Translations under genes and position numbers: made by a program
The notes under the pieces: generated by a model
Databases searched by the model: none
Seen by the model: the letters and a program-made list of their open reading frames with translations, nothing else
Told to the model about the DNA's origin: nothing
Shown: piece after piece, positions 35,777-45,171 of the stretch
How positions within the stretch are numbered: the stretch's first letter is position 1
Layout of the letters: each line of letters starts with the position of its first letter
From: a virus
Lineage: Duplodnaviria > Caudoviricetes
Virus record (IMG/VR): IMGVR_UViG_3300037510_000220
Span: 1-55,877 of that record
Length of the DNA: 55,877 nt
Reading direction: 5' to 3' (one strand)

Positions 35777-38121
35777 TATTGAGGCGGTGGTTCTGGGGGG
35801 GCGGGCGCGGCGACAGGCGGCGGTTGATTCGGTGGTGCGCCCATACCCCCATCCATCGGCTGTTCAATCCCCTGCTGCTGCTCCATCTGCTGCTCTTGGG
35901 GAGACTCGGCCGCCTCCTGTGCTGGCGTCTCCTGTTCTTCGGGGATGCCGAGCGCGGACTTGACTTGATCGAGGGGCGAATGCAGGATCAACTGCACGGC
36001 TTCATTCGCCGCGGCAAGAGCTGCTTGCTCTATGGCCCCGCCGGTCTCGAAGTTCGCGCGTTCGATGTCGGCATCGACCTTCATGCGCTCTGTCTCGGCT
36101 TCATATTTTTTGATCTCGACCTCTTCACTCCTGATGTCGAGTTCCTTGGCCTTGTTCTGCTTGTCGAGAACCCCGGCCTTCTTGATGGCGTCCTGCATGC
36201 CCTGGAGCTGCTGGAACATCTGGTCGATCGCCTGCCCTGCTTGAGCAACGGGAAGTGGGCCTTGCGCGGTCTGGATGACTTCGCCGTCCGTTTCCTCGCC
36301 CAGAACCTGGGCCGGCATCGAACGCTTGACGCGCTCGGAGATTTCCTGAGCACCAGGCCAGTCCATTGCGGCAATGACCTTGTCACCAGCCACGTCCATG
36401 AGCTTGGGCCACTTGCCAGCGACATCGACCATGGAGGCAAGAGCCTCCTGTCGCATGGTGTCGTAGGTCGGGCCTGCGCTGATGGTCACGTCATAGGTGC
36501 CGGCCGTGAGGTCGTTCAAAGCCTTGCGGATGATTCCGGTTTCCGGGTCGGGAGTCTCCGGAATCGGCTGGTTGATCTTGACGTGCTCGGCGGTGTTGTC
36601 TTCGCCGAGGATGCGGACGGTGCGCGGCGCGTCGTAGTAGGCCGGGATCATGTCCACCAGACAACGGCCGACGTGTCGGATGGTGATGTGGAGGTTGTCG
36701 GTGTAGTGGTAGTTGCCGAGATCGCCTTGGCGTTGTTGGGCGATCTCTTGACGACCAGAAGTGGCGTTCCCCTGTGCCCCAAGGCTCGAATCGAAAAGAC
36801 CTGTGGTCTTCTTGACGTTGTCGGAGGCGTGCATCATCAACTGCATGTAGCCGGTCGGCACATCGGCCATCGGCTGGCGGGCAGGAGGAGGCGCCAGGGT
36901 CCCGTTTACATCGACGGGATCGTATTCGAGATAGGCGTGAGAACGGCGGTTTGCGGTGATCCAGGCCGGGTCCGTCTCGAACTGTCCAACCGCCCCAATG
37001 AATGGGGCTTTGGGGCGCATCGCAACTTCCTCGGTAGCGCTGGTGAGGGTGTAGTCGTACATGCGCGCCGGGTCCTTGGCATTGCGCACGATGCCAGAGC
37101 GGTAAACCTTGCCCTCAATGTCGAGCTCATCGCCATAGACGGGGAAGACCGGAATCCATTTGCACTTGATTTCGGTCTCTTCCAGGACTTCCAGGCCCGT
37201 CATCTTTCGCCACATCGTGCGGCGGCGCATGGTCGGGCGCGTCTTCTTCTGACCCTTGGCGTCGAGCATGGGCGTCTTGTCGGCCGGAATCGGGCCGTCG
37301 CTTTCAAACCACGTCGAGCCGTCGCTGAGCATGATCAGCGTGTCCGGTGTCTCCTCGATCTTGTAGTACTCGGCGATGCGGATTTCCGTCTCGGTGATCC
37401 ACTCGCGGATGTTGTCGCCGATGCCTTGGGGGAGGTTGTTGTAGGCGGTGGCGGCTTGGGAATCCGGGTATTCCGCCTCGAAGTCCTTACGCAGGAGCTT
37501 GACGGTGATGCAAACCTGCTTGACATCGGAACCATCCAGCTCCTCGGAGTGACCGAAGTAGACGGTGAACGGGTTTCGAATGCGCTTGAACCGGATTTCC
37601 TGGTCGAAGCTGTCAGGAGAGCAGTAGTCTGTGACCAGGCGCAGGAAGCCGAAGCCGATGGCGGCCGCACTTGTCCCGGCGGTGTCGTAGGCGACCTTGG
37701 CGTTGCTGTTGTACTCGATGTGCCGGATCAGGCCCTGGAAGACCTTGGCGGTTTCGATATCCGCGTAGTCGTCTACCGGGTGGACCTTGATGCTGGGCGA
37801 GTTCTGCCGCTGATCGTTCGTGACCTGGTGCAGATAGGTCGGCAGCGTGTTGATGGTCAGGCACGGCCGGCCGTCGATCTCGCGCTGGGCCACGTCTTGC
37901 GGGTCCCAGTGTTCACCGGAGAGGAAGAGCAGGTCATCGAGAGCCGCAGAGCGATTGTCTGCCTCGGCGCCGATGCGGTGTTCCAGGAAGCGGCGCACCT
38001 CATCGACAATGGCGGTGTCGTCGGTGTCTTCTACCTTGTTGCCATCGACATCGTCTTCTTCCGCCTCTTCGGGTGGGATCATGGCGAGGTCTTCGCGGGC
38101 GCGGGGGTCGTTGAGGTTCAT
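35776..38121 (-). CDS. Portal protein (P22 gp1-like)
   Basis: GEHW..GRPCLTIN, IPVFPVYG, AKDPARMY, YDVTISAGPTY. Confidence 0.92.
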   Translation of the reverse strand: MNLNDPRAREDLAMIPPEEAEEDDVDGNKVEDTDDTAIVDEVRRFLEHRIGAEADNRSAALDDLLFLSGEHWDPQDVAQREIDGRPCLTINTLPTYLHQVTNDQRQNSPSIKVHPVDDYADIETAKVFQGLIRHIEYNSNAKVAYDTAGTSAAAIGFGFLRLVTDYCSPDSFDQEIRFKRIRNPFTVYFGHSEELDGSDVKQVCITVKLLRKDFEAEYPDSQAATAYNNLPQGIGDNIREWITETEIRIAEYYKIEETPDTLIMLSDGSTWFESDGPIPADKTPMLDAKGQKKTRPTMRRRTMWRKMTGLEVLEETEIKCKWIPVFPVYGDELDIEGKVYRSGIVRNAKDPARMYDYTLTSATEEVAMRPKAPFIGAVGQFETDPAWITANRRSHAYLEYDPVDVNGTLAPPPARQPMADVPTGYMQLMMHASDNVKKTTGLFDSSLGAQGNATSGRQEIAQQRQGDLGNYHYTDNLHITIRHVGRCLVDMIPAYYDAPRTVRILGEDNTAEHVKINQPIPETPDPETGIIRKALNDLTAGTYDVTISAGPTYDTMRQEALASMVDVAGKWPKLMDVAGDKVIAAMDWPGAQEISERVKRSMPAQVLGEETDGEVIQTAQGPLPVAQAGQAIDQMFQQLQGMQDAIKKAGVLDKQNKAKELDIRSEEVEIKKYEAETERMKVDADIERANFETGGAIEQAALAAANEAVQLILHSPLDQVKSALGIPEEQETPAQEAAESPQEQQMEQQQGIEQPMDGGMGAPPNQPPPVAAPAPPEPPPQ

Positions 38122-38373
38122 GCGGCGAGTTCCTGCACAAAGCGGCGGCGCAACAGTCGGCGGCGCTGGGCGTGGTTGGAGCGCTCCTGCCGGACGTGGC
38201 GGGATTCGTGGAATAGCGGGCGGTGGATGCCGCTACAGGGCGGCGGCATGACGGCGGCGGCAGGGATGAAGCGGCGGTACCAGAGCGGGACGTGCGGCAT
38301 CCCGAGGTCGTAGACCAGGTGCTCGTGGTGGTCCGGCCAAGCCCTGATCCGGAACCATCCGACCGAGGCGCAG

Positions 38374-38649
38374 CTATGCACGGCGCTTGGCCTCCAGCCG
38401 CTCAGCTTGGCGCAGGCGTCTCTCGGTTTCACGTTTTCCGGTGCGCGCGATCGGCGGGTTGTAGGCGCCGCGCAGGAAGTTGGTCTTGCACATCTTGCGG
38501 GCGCGCTTGCCGTGGCCTCGGGATTCGTAGGTCGGCAGGGCGTCGAGCAGCATCTTGCGCATGGCGAGGTCGCCGGCCGCCTTCTGCATGATCGCGGCGA
38601 TATCCGCAGCCATGGCCTTGGCGCGCTTGAACGGTTCAGACTTGAACAT
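38374..38649 (-). CDS. Small basic hypothetical protein
   Basis: AAGGA RBS; YESRGHG. Confidence 0.65.
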   Translation of the reverse strand: MFKSEPFKRAKAMAADIAAIMQKAAGDLAMRKMLLDALPTYESRGHGKRARKMCKTNFLRGAYNPPIARTGKRETERRLRQAERLEAKRRA

Positions 38650-38827
38650 GGTTGTCCTTGACGAGAATGACGGTGCTGATAGGCATCCCGGTAACGCTCA
38701 GGCAGGTCTGGCCGTTGGCGTCGATGTGGTAAGCACATGCCTTCTGCGGGATTTCGTAGCCGTAGGCCCTGGCGATGCCGAGGGCGATGGGCAGGCCGTT
38801 GAGGTTGGGGCGCTTGGTTTCGCTCAT
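38636..38827 (-). CDS. Hypothetical protein
   Basis: Coupled small ORF. Confidence 0.45.
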   Translation of the reverse strand: MSETKRPNLNGLPIALGIARAYGYEIPQKACAYHIDANGQTCLSVTGMPISTVILVKDNHVQV

Positions 38828-38997
38828 GATTTCGTGCTGAACACGGCTTCCTTGCTCTGGGGGTGGATACCGGCCAGGCGGTAGCCGTTGACGAATGCCG
38901 CGGCGTCGATCTTGTCTTTGTGCGCGGCGTAGTCCGAGCCGGGGATGTTCACTGGCTTGGGGTAGGTGGCGGCGAATTGGGCGGCGTAGTCGGTCAT
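38824..38997 (-). CDS. Hypothetical protein
   Basis: GGAG RBS; coupling. Confidence 0.5.
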   Translation of the reverse strand: MTDYAAQFAATYPKPVNIPGSDYAAHKDKIDAAAFVNGYRLAGIHPQSKEAVFSTKS

Positions 38998-39239
38998 GCC
39001 GGCTCCTTGAAGCGCCCGATGCATTGGCTGTGCAGGAGCGCCGACAAAACCAGGCATTCCTTGAGGCTGGCGCCGTACCGGAACTGGAATTGATCGTCCT
39101 GCGTATAGGCACACACGAACTCGACCACATCGCCGCGATCGACGGCATCAGCGGTTTCGCGAAGAAACTTGGAGAGGTCGCTAGGCGGCTGCTTGCCGAA
39201 CTTGACCGCGCGAACGTTGCTGATGCCATCCACGATCAA
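38994..39239 (-). CDS. Hypothetical protein
   Basis: Coupled ORF. Confidence 0.55.
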   Translation of the reverse strand: MIVDGISNVRAVKFGKQPPSDLSKFLRETADAVDRGDVVEFVCAYTQDDQFQFRYGASLKECLVLSALLHSQCIGRFKEPA

Positions 39240-39559
39240 ACCCCGCGATCCAGCCGCGAGAGGATGGTGCGCAGCCAGCCCTCGGCGTTGGCCAGTTGCA
39301 TCAGGTTCTCGGCGAAGTGCAGGTCAACCGGCTGGACCGGCTGCGGCACAGGCGGGGTGTTGCCGATGAGCGTGCCGCCGACTTGCGCCTTCACATCGAC
39401 GCCGAGCAGGCGGTGCGAGACGCCTTCCAGCTCGATCAGCGCCTGGCGGATGCTGGCGATGCGGTCCTCGAACTGGCGGCACTTCTCGGAGAGGTTAGGC
39501 TCGCGCGGGGTTTGCTCTGACGTGGTATGGATGCCCGGATGAGCGGCGGTCTGGTGCAT
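39236..39559 (-). CDS. Hypothetical protein
   Basis: AAAGGA RBS. Confidence 0.6.
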   Translation of the reverse strand: MHQTAAHPGIHTTSEQTPREPNLSEKCRQFEDRIASIRQALIELEGVSHRLLGVDVKAQVGGTLIGNTPPVPQPVQPVDLHFAENLMQLANAEGWLRTILSRLDRGV

Positions 39560-39570
39560 GGTCGTTCCTT

Positions 39571-39948
39571 TCAGTGGGAAATATCGGTAGGCGTTCCGCC
39601 CGGCATCCTGGCCATCAGCCTTGGTCCTTCTTGCTCGATGGCCCAGAAGCCGAACTTCTGGTAAAACTTCTCAAGCTGCTCCTGCGTGATTCCATCCGCA
39701 AACGGTCTTGCCTCCAGAATCAGGAGGAAGCCGTTCTTGTCGGCCTCGTCGCAGATTTGGTGCATCAGTGCCGTGGCGTGGCCCTTGCGCGGGTTCGAGG
39801 AGTTGAGGTCGTTGATCTGGCGGGTTCGGGCGATGAGTTCGATGTCCTCCAGCTCGGGGACGATCAGGCGCGCGGTGGCGCTGCGGAACTCGCGGCGGCC
39901 GGTCATGGGCTGCGAGGTGACGGCGTTGAGCACGGCAGCCCCCATCAC
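39571..39948 (-). CDS. GNAT-like acetyltransferase
   Basis: RKGHATALM..ADKNG..LEKFYQKFGF. Confidence 0.75.
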   Translation of the reverse strand: MMGAAVLNAVTSQPMTGRREFRSATARLIVPELEDIELIARTRQINDLNSSNPRKGHATALMHQICDEADKNGFLLILEARPFADGITQEQLEKFYQKFGFWAIEQEGPRLMARMPGGTPTDISH

Positions 39949-40205
39949 TCCACCACCACGCCCATGATGTCCAGCGAGTCCGGCGACTCGTTCAGGATGA
40001 GGCTGTCTTCGTAGGGATGGCCGGCGAAGGTGCCGAAGACGATGCGATCTCCGACTTCAAGCGCCGAATCTTTCCCCACTGCCAGGACGGTTCCGATGCG
40101 GTGCGATTCGCGTATCGGGCCATCGGGAAGGACGATGCCGCCCTGGCTCACTTCTTCCTTGGGGTCTGGTTTGACGAGTACGAGGTTCTTGCGGGGGGTG
40201 AACAT
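39945..40205 (-). CDS. groES: Co-chaperonin GroES family
   Basis: VLVKP..GGIVLPD..GTVLAVG..VGDRIVF..DIMGVV. Confidence 0.85.
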   Translation of the reverse strand: MFTPRKNLVLVKPDPKEEVSQGGIVLPDGPIRESHRIGTVLAVGKDSALEVGDRIVFGTFAGHPYEDSLILNESPDSLDIMGVVVE

Positions 40206-40216
40206 GGGTTCCTTTC

Positions 40217-41560
40217 TCAAGACATCCAGGAGCCCTGGACAGCGCCACGGCCCTCTTTCTTTTCGGTCTTGGCCTTGGTCAGTCCGGGGAAGAGTTCGGT
40301 GAACGCCCAGACGAAGGCATCGCCCCGGTTCGGGCTGTTGCCGCCGATGTAGCCGTTGGTGGTGAAGCCAGAGAGTTCGTCTTCGAGGAGCGGGAAGTAG
40401 CCGACGAGGCGAATCTTTCCCTGCTCGGTAAGGCTGGAGATGGGCTCGGCTCTGACGACCTTGCCGCGGGAAGCGCTCAGTGCACGGTATGGGGTGCGAG
40501 GGCGTGCAGCCTGAATGACCGATCTAACCATTGCACCGCCGAAATTAACTTCAGCGACGATGCCATCGGCCTTATGTCGTTCGTAGGCATTCGTTGCAAC
40601 CTTCCCCCAGGTAGCAGGACCGGCCTTGACCGTGAGATCTTCAAGAAGATAGCCATTTCCATCGGTCCCGAGTCCAGCGACAACGATCCCAATCGCATCG
40701 TTATCCGCATTGTCTGTGTCGCCCGAGCCCGAAGGGTCAACGGCCACGATAATCCGCTGCATATCGGGAAGCGGGGTGTCGATGACGCGCCACTTGTCGA
40801 GGTCGGCTTCGGCGAACAATGCATTGGGGTTTTCCTCCTTGAACTCACCCTCAAGGAAGCGCCTGCGAAGCCGCGCGCTCAAGCCCTCAAGCGTTTTTAG
40901 GTACTGAGGCGAGAGGTTGTCCTGGTTGTCCGTGGGGTTTAGGCGAATGTGGGCGTAGTCGTTGGGGTTGCGGATCGGCTCTCGCGTCTCCGGGTCTACC
41001 TTCTGCACGAACAGGCGGTACGACCAATGGCCTTTGTCGGGTGGGTTCTCGTCGTAGTAAGCCTTCAGGGGAAGGGGCCGGACTGGCATACCCTCAACCT
41101 TCTGCATGACGTGCTGCGCCAGGCGGGTGATCGCAACACCACGGCTCGCCCAGGGAATCTGGCTGATCTCGTTGAGCAGGAGCGTGACGTACTCCTGCCC
41201 GAGAATCTTTTCGGTGCGCTCCTTGTCATCGAGGCCGCCGAACCAGATTTGGGAGTCGTTCTGTAGGCGCGCAAACCAGAGGCTGCGGTTCACGTCATAG
41301 TCGATGTTGGGAAAACACAACTCCATCATCTTCGGCCATGTGTCCTCCACAATCGAGGCGACCACTGCGTTGAAGCGGAAGCGGAGGATGGCGTGCCGGC
41401 TCTTTGGCGCCTTGATGGCTCGGGTAGCAATCGCCCGCGTCTCCAGGAAGGTCTTGCCGGACCGGCTACCTCCATAGAGGAGGATGTGCGTTGCCGGAGA
41501 CGCAAGCAGCGCATTGGCTTCGCGCTGGCGCGGCGTCAGCTCAAAGGTCGGCATCGCCAA
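40217..41560 (-). CDS. terL: Terminase large subunit
   Basis: GGSRSGKT Walker A, LLNE, VAVDPS nuclease, AEVNFGG. Confidence 0.93.
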   Translation of the reverse strand: MAMPTFELTPRQREANALLASPATHILLYGGSRSGKTFLETRAIATRAIKAPKSRHAILRFRFNAVVASIVEDTWPKMMELCFPNIDYDVNRSLWFARLQNDSQIWFGGLDDKERTEKILGQEYVTLLLNEISQIPWASRGVAITRLAQHVMQKVEGMPVRPLPLKAYYDENPPDKGHWSYRLFVQKVDPETREPIRNPNDYAHIRLNPTDNQDNLSPQYLKTLEGLSARLRRRFLEGEFKEENPNALFAEADLDKWRVIDTPLPDMQRIIVAVDPSGSGDTDNADNDAIGIVVAGLGTDGNGYLLEDLTVKAGPATWGKVATNAYERHKADGIVAEVNFGGAMVRSVIQAARPRTPYRALSASRGKVVRAEPISSLTEQGKIRLVGYFPLLEDELSGFTTNGYIGGNSPNRGDAFVWAFTELFPGLTKAKTEKKEGRGAVQGSWMS

Positions 41561-41801
41561 CCTGTAGAATGACGCGGAGGTCTTTGCCGTCTGCGCCGGT
41601 CAGTTCCGTTGCGCTCAGATCAGGCACGGTCTTGCGCAGCAGCGCGACGGCGGCAGATACTTGAGATTTCGACATTTCCGCGCCATCAAGTACATGATCT
41701 TCAAGCGCTTTTATTAAGCGCTCTGACTTGATCTTGTCGCGCAGGCGTTCGACGGCGGCCGGATTAAGGGTCCGGTGGTGCATGCCTGATTTGCCAGCCA
41801 T
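41541..41801 (-). CDS. terS: Terminase small subunit (putative)
   Basis: Upstream of terL; LLRKTVPDLSATELTGADG. Confidence 0.75.
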   Translation of the reverse strand: MAGKSGMHHRTLNPAAVERLRDKIKSERLIKALEDHVLDGAEMSKSQVSAAVALLRKTVPDLSATELTGADGKDLRVILQVGDADL

Positions 41802-41917
41802 GGCTACGCCCCGCCGACAAAGAGAGGGCGAGGAAGGCTATTGTGTTGGGCGCCACCGGGCATTCAGGCTGCTCAAGAATTTGTGCAGCCCTCTATATAT
41901 ATGCATATTCGGCGTTT

Positions 41918-41937
41918 GTGTGCCGAAGTTTCGTCGT
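41918..41937 (-). promoter_or_regulatory. 20-bp late-region motif, copy 2
   Basis: GTGTGCCGAAGTTTCGTCGT upstream of terS. Confidence 0.6.
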
Positions 41938-41945
41938 TGTGATGG

Positions 41946-42104
41946 CTATGTTGCGTTCATGCGACTGACCAATTGCGCCCGCTTCTCAGTCAGGGCTTTT
42001 GCCAGGTCTTTGTTGAGCATTCCGCCGGCCCGCATTAGCGCGCTTGCCGCCTCCTCCATCAGCTCAGCGGCCTCGCGTAAAAGTCTCTTGTCGTCTTCGC
42101 ACAT
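41946..42104 (-). CDS. Small hypothetical protein
   Basis: GGAG RBS; MCEDDKRLLREAAELMEEA. Confidence 0.5.
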   Translation of the reverse strand: MCEDDKRLLREAAELMEEAASALMRAGGMLNKDLAKALTEKRAQLVSRMNAT

Positions 42105-42159
42105 GGCTATCACTCCGTTGCTGCTTGGGGTTTGTTTCTTGCCGAGCCCGAGAGAGGGA

Positions 42160-42380
42160 GTGAAAGACGGCGAACCTATCCCCTAGCCAACCGCAGTTAG
42201 ATTCGCGTCTCCTTGCGTCACCGTCGATCGGTCGCTCGGACGTTGCCAGACTCTCAGACAGCACCAGGATTGCTTAACAGGTGACGACCCCTACGCGCTC
42301 TAGCTCTCTGCCCACGCTGCCCCTGTGTAAGTCCGCAGTAGGGGCCTGACCAGATAGCGCGCTGCCGTTTCGCCGTTCAC
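42160..42380 (-). ncRNA. Putative structured non-coding element A
   Basis: Closing stem ACGGCGAA/TTCGCCGT; motif order shared with 45625-45865. Confidence 0.4.
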
Positions 42381-42395
42381 ACAATCCGGCCGACG

Positions 42396-42526
42396 AAAGA
42401 AAAAACCCCTTGCTAGGGATCGGCCAGTTGTGGAGTGCGTACGAGAAGACTATAGACGCTCTGAACCGGCCCCTAGCGAGGGGCTTTCAGCAGTCTACTC
42501 TCGTATCAGGCTCCACACCTGGCCGA
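42396..42526 (-). promoter_or_regulatory. Structured leader/attenuator with two interleaved helices and U-tract
   Basis: 42420-51 pairs with 42492-526; 42402-18 pairs with 42471-87. Confidence 0.55.
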
Positions 42527-42571
42527 CTCTTTCTCATCGGCACCTGAATACTATGCACTGGCAATGCATTC

Positions 42572-42591
42572 GTGTGCCGAAACTTCGTCGT
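42572..42591 (-). promoter_or_regulatory. 20-bp late-region motif, copy 3
   Basis: Identical to copy 1; TAGTAT 18 nt downstream on - strand. Confidence 0.6.
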
Positions 42592-42824
42592 CATGCGTGA
42601 CTTTTTATCCTCGGCTCCGGCCGCTCAAATATCTCCCGGTAATACGCCAGCAGCGCGTCCCCGCCCGAGTGCTTGGGTTCGCCCCCGTTGCGCCAGTGCT
42701 CGAGCGTGGTCCTAGGAATGTTCATGCGCCGCGCGACTTCGGCCAGGCACAGGCCCGCTTTTTCCAGGTCCACGAATACCCGGAACCAATCGACCTTTGG
42801 TGGGGCAGTAAATAGAGCGCTCAT
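42591..42824 (-). CDS. Small HTH DNA-binding protein (candidate late regulator)
   Basis: [33 protein letters not shown]. Confidence 0.75.
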   Translation of the reverse strand: MSALFTAPPKVDWFRVFVDLEKAGLCLAEVARRMNIPRTTLEHWRNGGEPKHSGGDALLAYYREIFERPEPRIKSHA

Positions 42825-43405
42825 GCGGTGTACCCCAGCGGTTGATAGGTGGCATAGGTCATGGCCGCCTCCTTCTCGTAGACGTAGTCCTTGAGGTCTT
42901 CCAGGAGTTCGTCGCACTGGAGCAGCATCTTTTCGCAGCCCTGAATCATGGCCTGTTTCTGGGCGATGTCACGGCGCATGTGGACGACGATGAAGTTCTC
43001 TCCCGACTTCCGGATGACCTTGCCGATGATCTTCTCGCGCTTGCGGATGAGCTGGCGGGTGATGGTGATGTCGGCCGCAATCGTCTGCTTTTGCTTACGG
43101 AAGTGCGCGCGCATCTCCTCGATGATGTCGATGGAGTCTCCGAACTTGTCGAGCACGCTCAGGAACAGGGCGGAAAGGGCTTCCTCACGCTGGGCCTCAG
43201 TCGCACCCTCCGGGTCTTTGCCGGTGTCGTAGCGGGCGCGCTTTTGCGGGTCGGAGAGGATTTCGTAGGCTTTCGTGATGGCCTTGAACTTCTCCTCGTC
43301 TCCGCCCTTGTCTGGGTGGTGCTTCTGGGCTGCGGATTTGTAGGCGGCCTTGATCGCCGCGGCATCTGCGGTCTTGTCGATTCCCAAGGTTTCGTAGTGG
43401 GTCAC
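42821..43405 (-). CDS. DnaJ-domain protein
   Basis: [23 protein letters not shown]. Confidence 0.9.
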   Translation of the reverse strand: MTHYETLGIDKTADAAAIKAAYKSAAQKHHPDKGGDEEKFKAITKAYEILSDPQKRARYDTGKDPEGATEAQREEALSALFLSVLDKFGDSIDIIEEMRAHFRKQKQTIAADITITRQLIRKREKIIGKVIRKSGENFIVVHMRRDIAQKQAMIQGCEKMLLQCDELLEDLKDYVYEKEAAMTYATYQPLGYTA

Positions 43406-43716
43406 GTCTTCTCCAGGGTGTTGTCTCGGGTAATCGGTGGGCTTTTGTTGGGTTTACGCGTCAGGTGCCAGCCCGCGCAGTCCTTGCAGCGGTAGCACCA
43501 GAGCTTGACGATTTCACAATCCGGCTCTGCAAGCCTGGTCGCAGCTCTTGCTCTTGCGGTGAGTTCGTCGGGATCGCGGTGTTTCGATATGCAGCTTCTG
43601 GGGTGGGCCTGGATTCTGGGCTTGATGGATCTTGGTTTCTTCGGGATGTAGATGCGCCCCTCCTCCCGCTGTAGCCAGTAGCGGTTGGGTTTGGTGGGGC
43701 GCTTCTGTTGGGCCAT
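43402..43716 (-). CDS. Hypothetical protein with Zn-ribbon-like motif
   Basis: [15 protein letters not shown]. Confidence 0.6.
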   Translation of the reverse strand: MAQQKRPTKPNRYWLQREEGRIYIPKKPRSIKPRIQAHPRSCISKHRDPDELTARARAATRLAEPDCEIVKLWCYRCKDCAGWHLTRKPNKSPPITRDNTLEKT

Positions 43717-43914
43717 TTACGCCGGATTCACATCCGCAGAATCAACAGGCGTGTCGCCGCCGTCAAGCAGGTAATGCACCTTGCCCTCGGTGAACTGGAC
43801 GCCGGTCACTTCGTAGACATGCTCGGTTCCGAGCCGGCTGACGTGATCGCCGATCTGGAACCGGCTGGGGAGTTTCTGCTTGACTTCGCTCAATTGCTTC
43901 TCCTTGCCGCTCAA
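43717..43914 (-). CDS. Hypothetical protein
   Basis: SH3-like pattern FQIGDHV. Confidence 0.5.
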   Translation of the reverse strand: MSGKEKQLSEVKQKLPSRFQIGDHVSRLGTEHVYEVTGVQFTEGKVHYLLDGGDTPVDSADVNPA

Positions 43915-43930
43915 GGGCGCGGCGTGCCCG

Positions 43931-44380
43931 TTAAACTTCCTTGATCTCGAACCCGAGCTCGGCCATCAGCTTCTTCTTGAGCGCGTATTCCTTGGTGATA
44001 TGGCCCTTGGCGTCCTCGATCGTCATTTCCATGTCGCCAGCGGCCAAGTAAATGAAGTCGCAGCGGTAGACGATGCCGCCGGGCAGGATGAATTCCGCCT
44101 GCCGTGCCAACCACTTGAGGGCGCCGCCCCTGAGCATGGCCCGCAGTTCCTTCCAGCGCTTTGCCTCTCGCTTTGAATCCAGGCGCACGCCTTCGACCGT
44201 GACCGGCTCGTTGCCGTATTTGCGCCGGCCCTTTACGTCCACCTCAACCTCCGCTCGCCCCGGAGACTGCCGGCGATCAGGAGCAACCGGCAGCGGCCCC
44301 ATCGGCTTGCGCCCGGAGACGGTGGCCGTGCCGATCTTGCCGTTGGAGATGGCGTCTTCGGAGAAGCGGATGGAGGGCAT
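43931..44380 (-). CDS. DUF1064 family (PD-D/ExK-like) protein
   Basis: KYGN..DSKREA..YRCDFIY..EDAKG..Y.LKKKLM. Confidence 0.85.
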   Translation of the reverse strand: MPSIRFSEDAISNGKIGTATVSGRKPMGPLPVAPDRRQSPGRAEVEVDVKGRRKYGNEPVTVEGVRLDSKREAKRWKELRAMLRGGALKWLARQAEFILPGGIVYRCDFIYLAAGDMEMTIEDAKGHITKEYALKKKLMAELGFEIKEV

Positions 44381-44664
44381 TATTCGATCTCCATTTCGAC
44401 GCGGCCATGCAGGCTGCCGTCCTTGCCTCGAACCTCAATGGCGCGCAATCCCGCTATGCCGTCGTCGCACCAGATGAACTTGGCGGAATTCAGCGTCACC
44501 ATGCCAGACTCAACTTCCAGGTACTCGCACAGGTCGGTCTCGATGTCTTGCTTGCGCCGATTGATGCGTATCCACTCTTGAAAGTCGGCCAGGCATGCAC
44601 CAATGCGGTCTTCTGGGACCGCCAAGAAGTCATCCAGGGTGGCGATGGTGTATTCGTTGCTCAT
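44380..44664 (-). CDS. Hypothetical protein
   Basis: YTIATLDDFLAVPEDRI..CL. Confidence 0.6.
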   Translation of the reverse strand: MSNEYTIATLDDFLAVPEDRIGACLADFQEWIRINRRKQDIETDLCEYLEVESGMVTLNSAKFIWCDDGIAGLRAIEVRGKDGSLHGRVEMEIE

Positions 44665-44761
44665 GGTCTGATGGCCCACGCAATGGCAAACGCGACGCCA
44701 ACAATCGCAGCGCAGCCGACGATTTCCCGGACGATGTCCAGCCAGTCGATGGGGCACATGG

Positions 44762-44923
44762 TCAGCCCTCCCCTCGCCCAGCCAGCAGCGCGAAAACAGC
44801 CAGGACGATGAAGACGATCGTCAGCACCTTGGCGATGCCGATCGCGCCAGCGGCAATGCCGCCGAAGCCAAAGACCGCCGAGATGACGGCGATGATGAGA
44901 AATACCAAAGCGTAGTGGAGCAC
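44762..44923 (-). CDS. DUF1328 (UPF0391/YtjA-like) small membrane protein
   Basis: [38 protein letters not shown]; not in ORF track. Confidence 0.8.
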   Translation of the reverse strand: MLHYALVFLIIAVISAVFGFGGIAAGAIGIAKVLTIVFIVLAVFALLAGRGEG

Positions 44924-44925
44924 GG

Positions 44926-45171
44926 TCACTCTCCTTCAGCGGCAGCGCTTGCCGGTTTGATCCAGTTGTTGAAAATCCCCCGCGCCCACGCTATGGTGTA
45001 GAGGCAGGAGATGAAGAAAGCACCCCACTGGCCAGCCTTGATTGCGGCGAATAGCCAGAAGGGTTGCGAACACATCCCAGCGATACACGCCCAGCGCCTC
45101 CAGCTCGCCCGCTTGTCCTGGGTAAGCCAGATGCCGAGTACGCCGAAGAGGGCGATGCCTATTTGTTCCAT
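44926..45171 (-). CDS. Small membrane protein
   Basis: Three TM; QPFW..GQWG. Confidence 0.65.
   Translation of the reverse strand: MEQIGIALFGVLGIWLTQDKRASWRRWACIAGMCSQPFWLFAAIKAGQWGAFFISCLYTIAWARGIFNNWIKPASAAAEGE

Noticed and set aside
35740-38313. 857-aa + strand ORF and other long antisense ORFs
   Set aside because: Shadows of GC-rich genes (portal, coat, integrase) with no recognisable motifs
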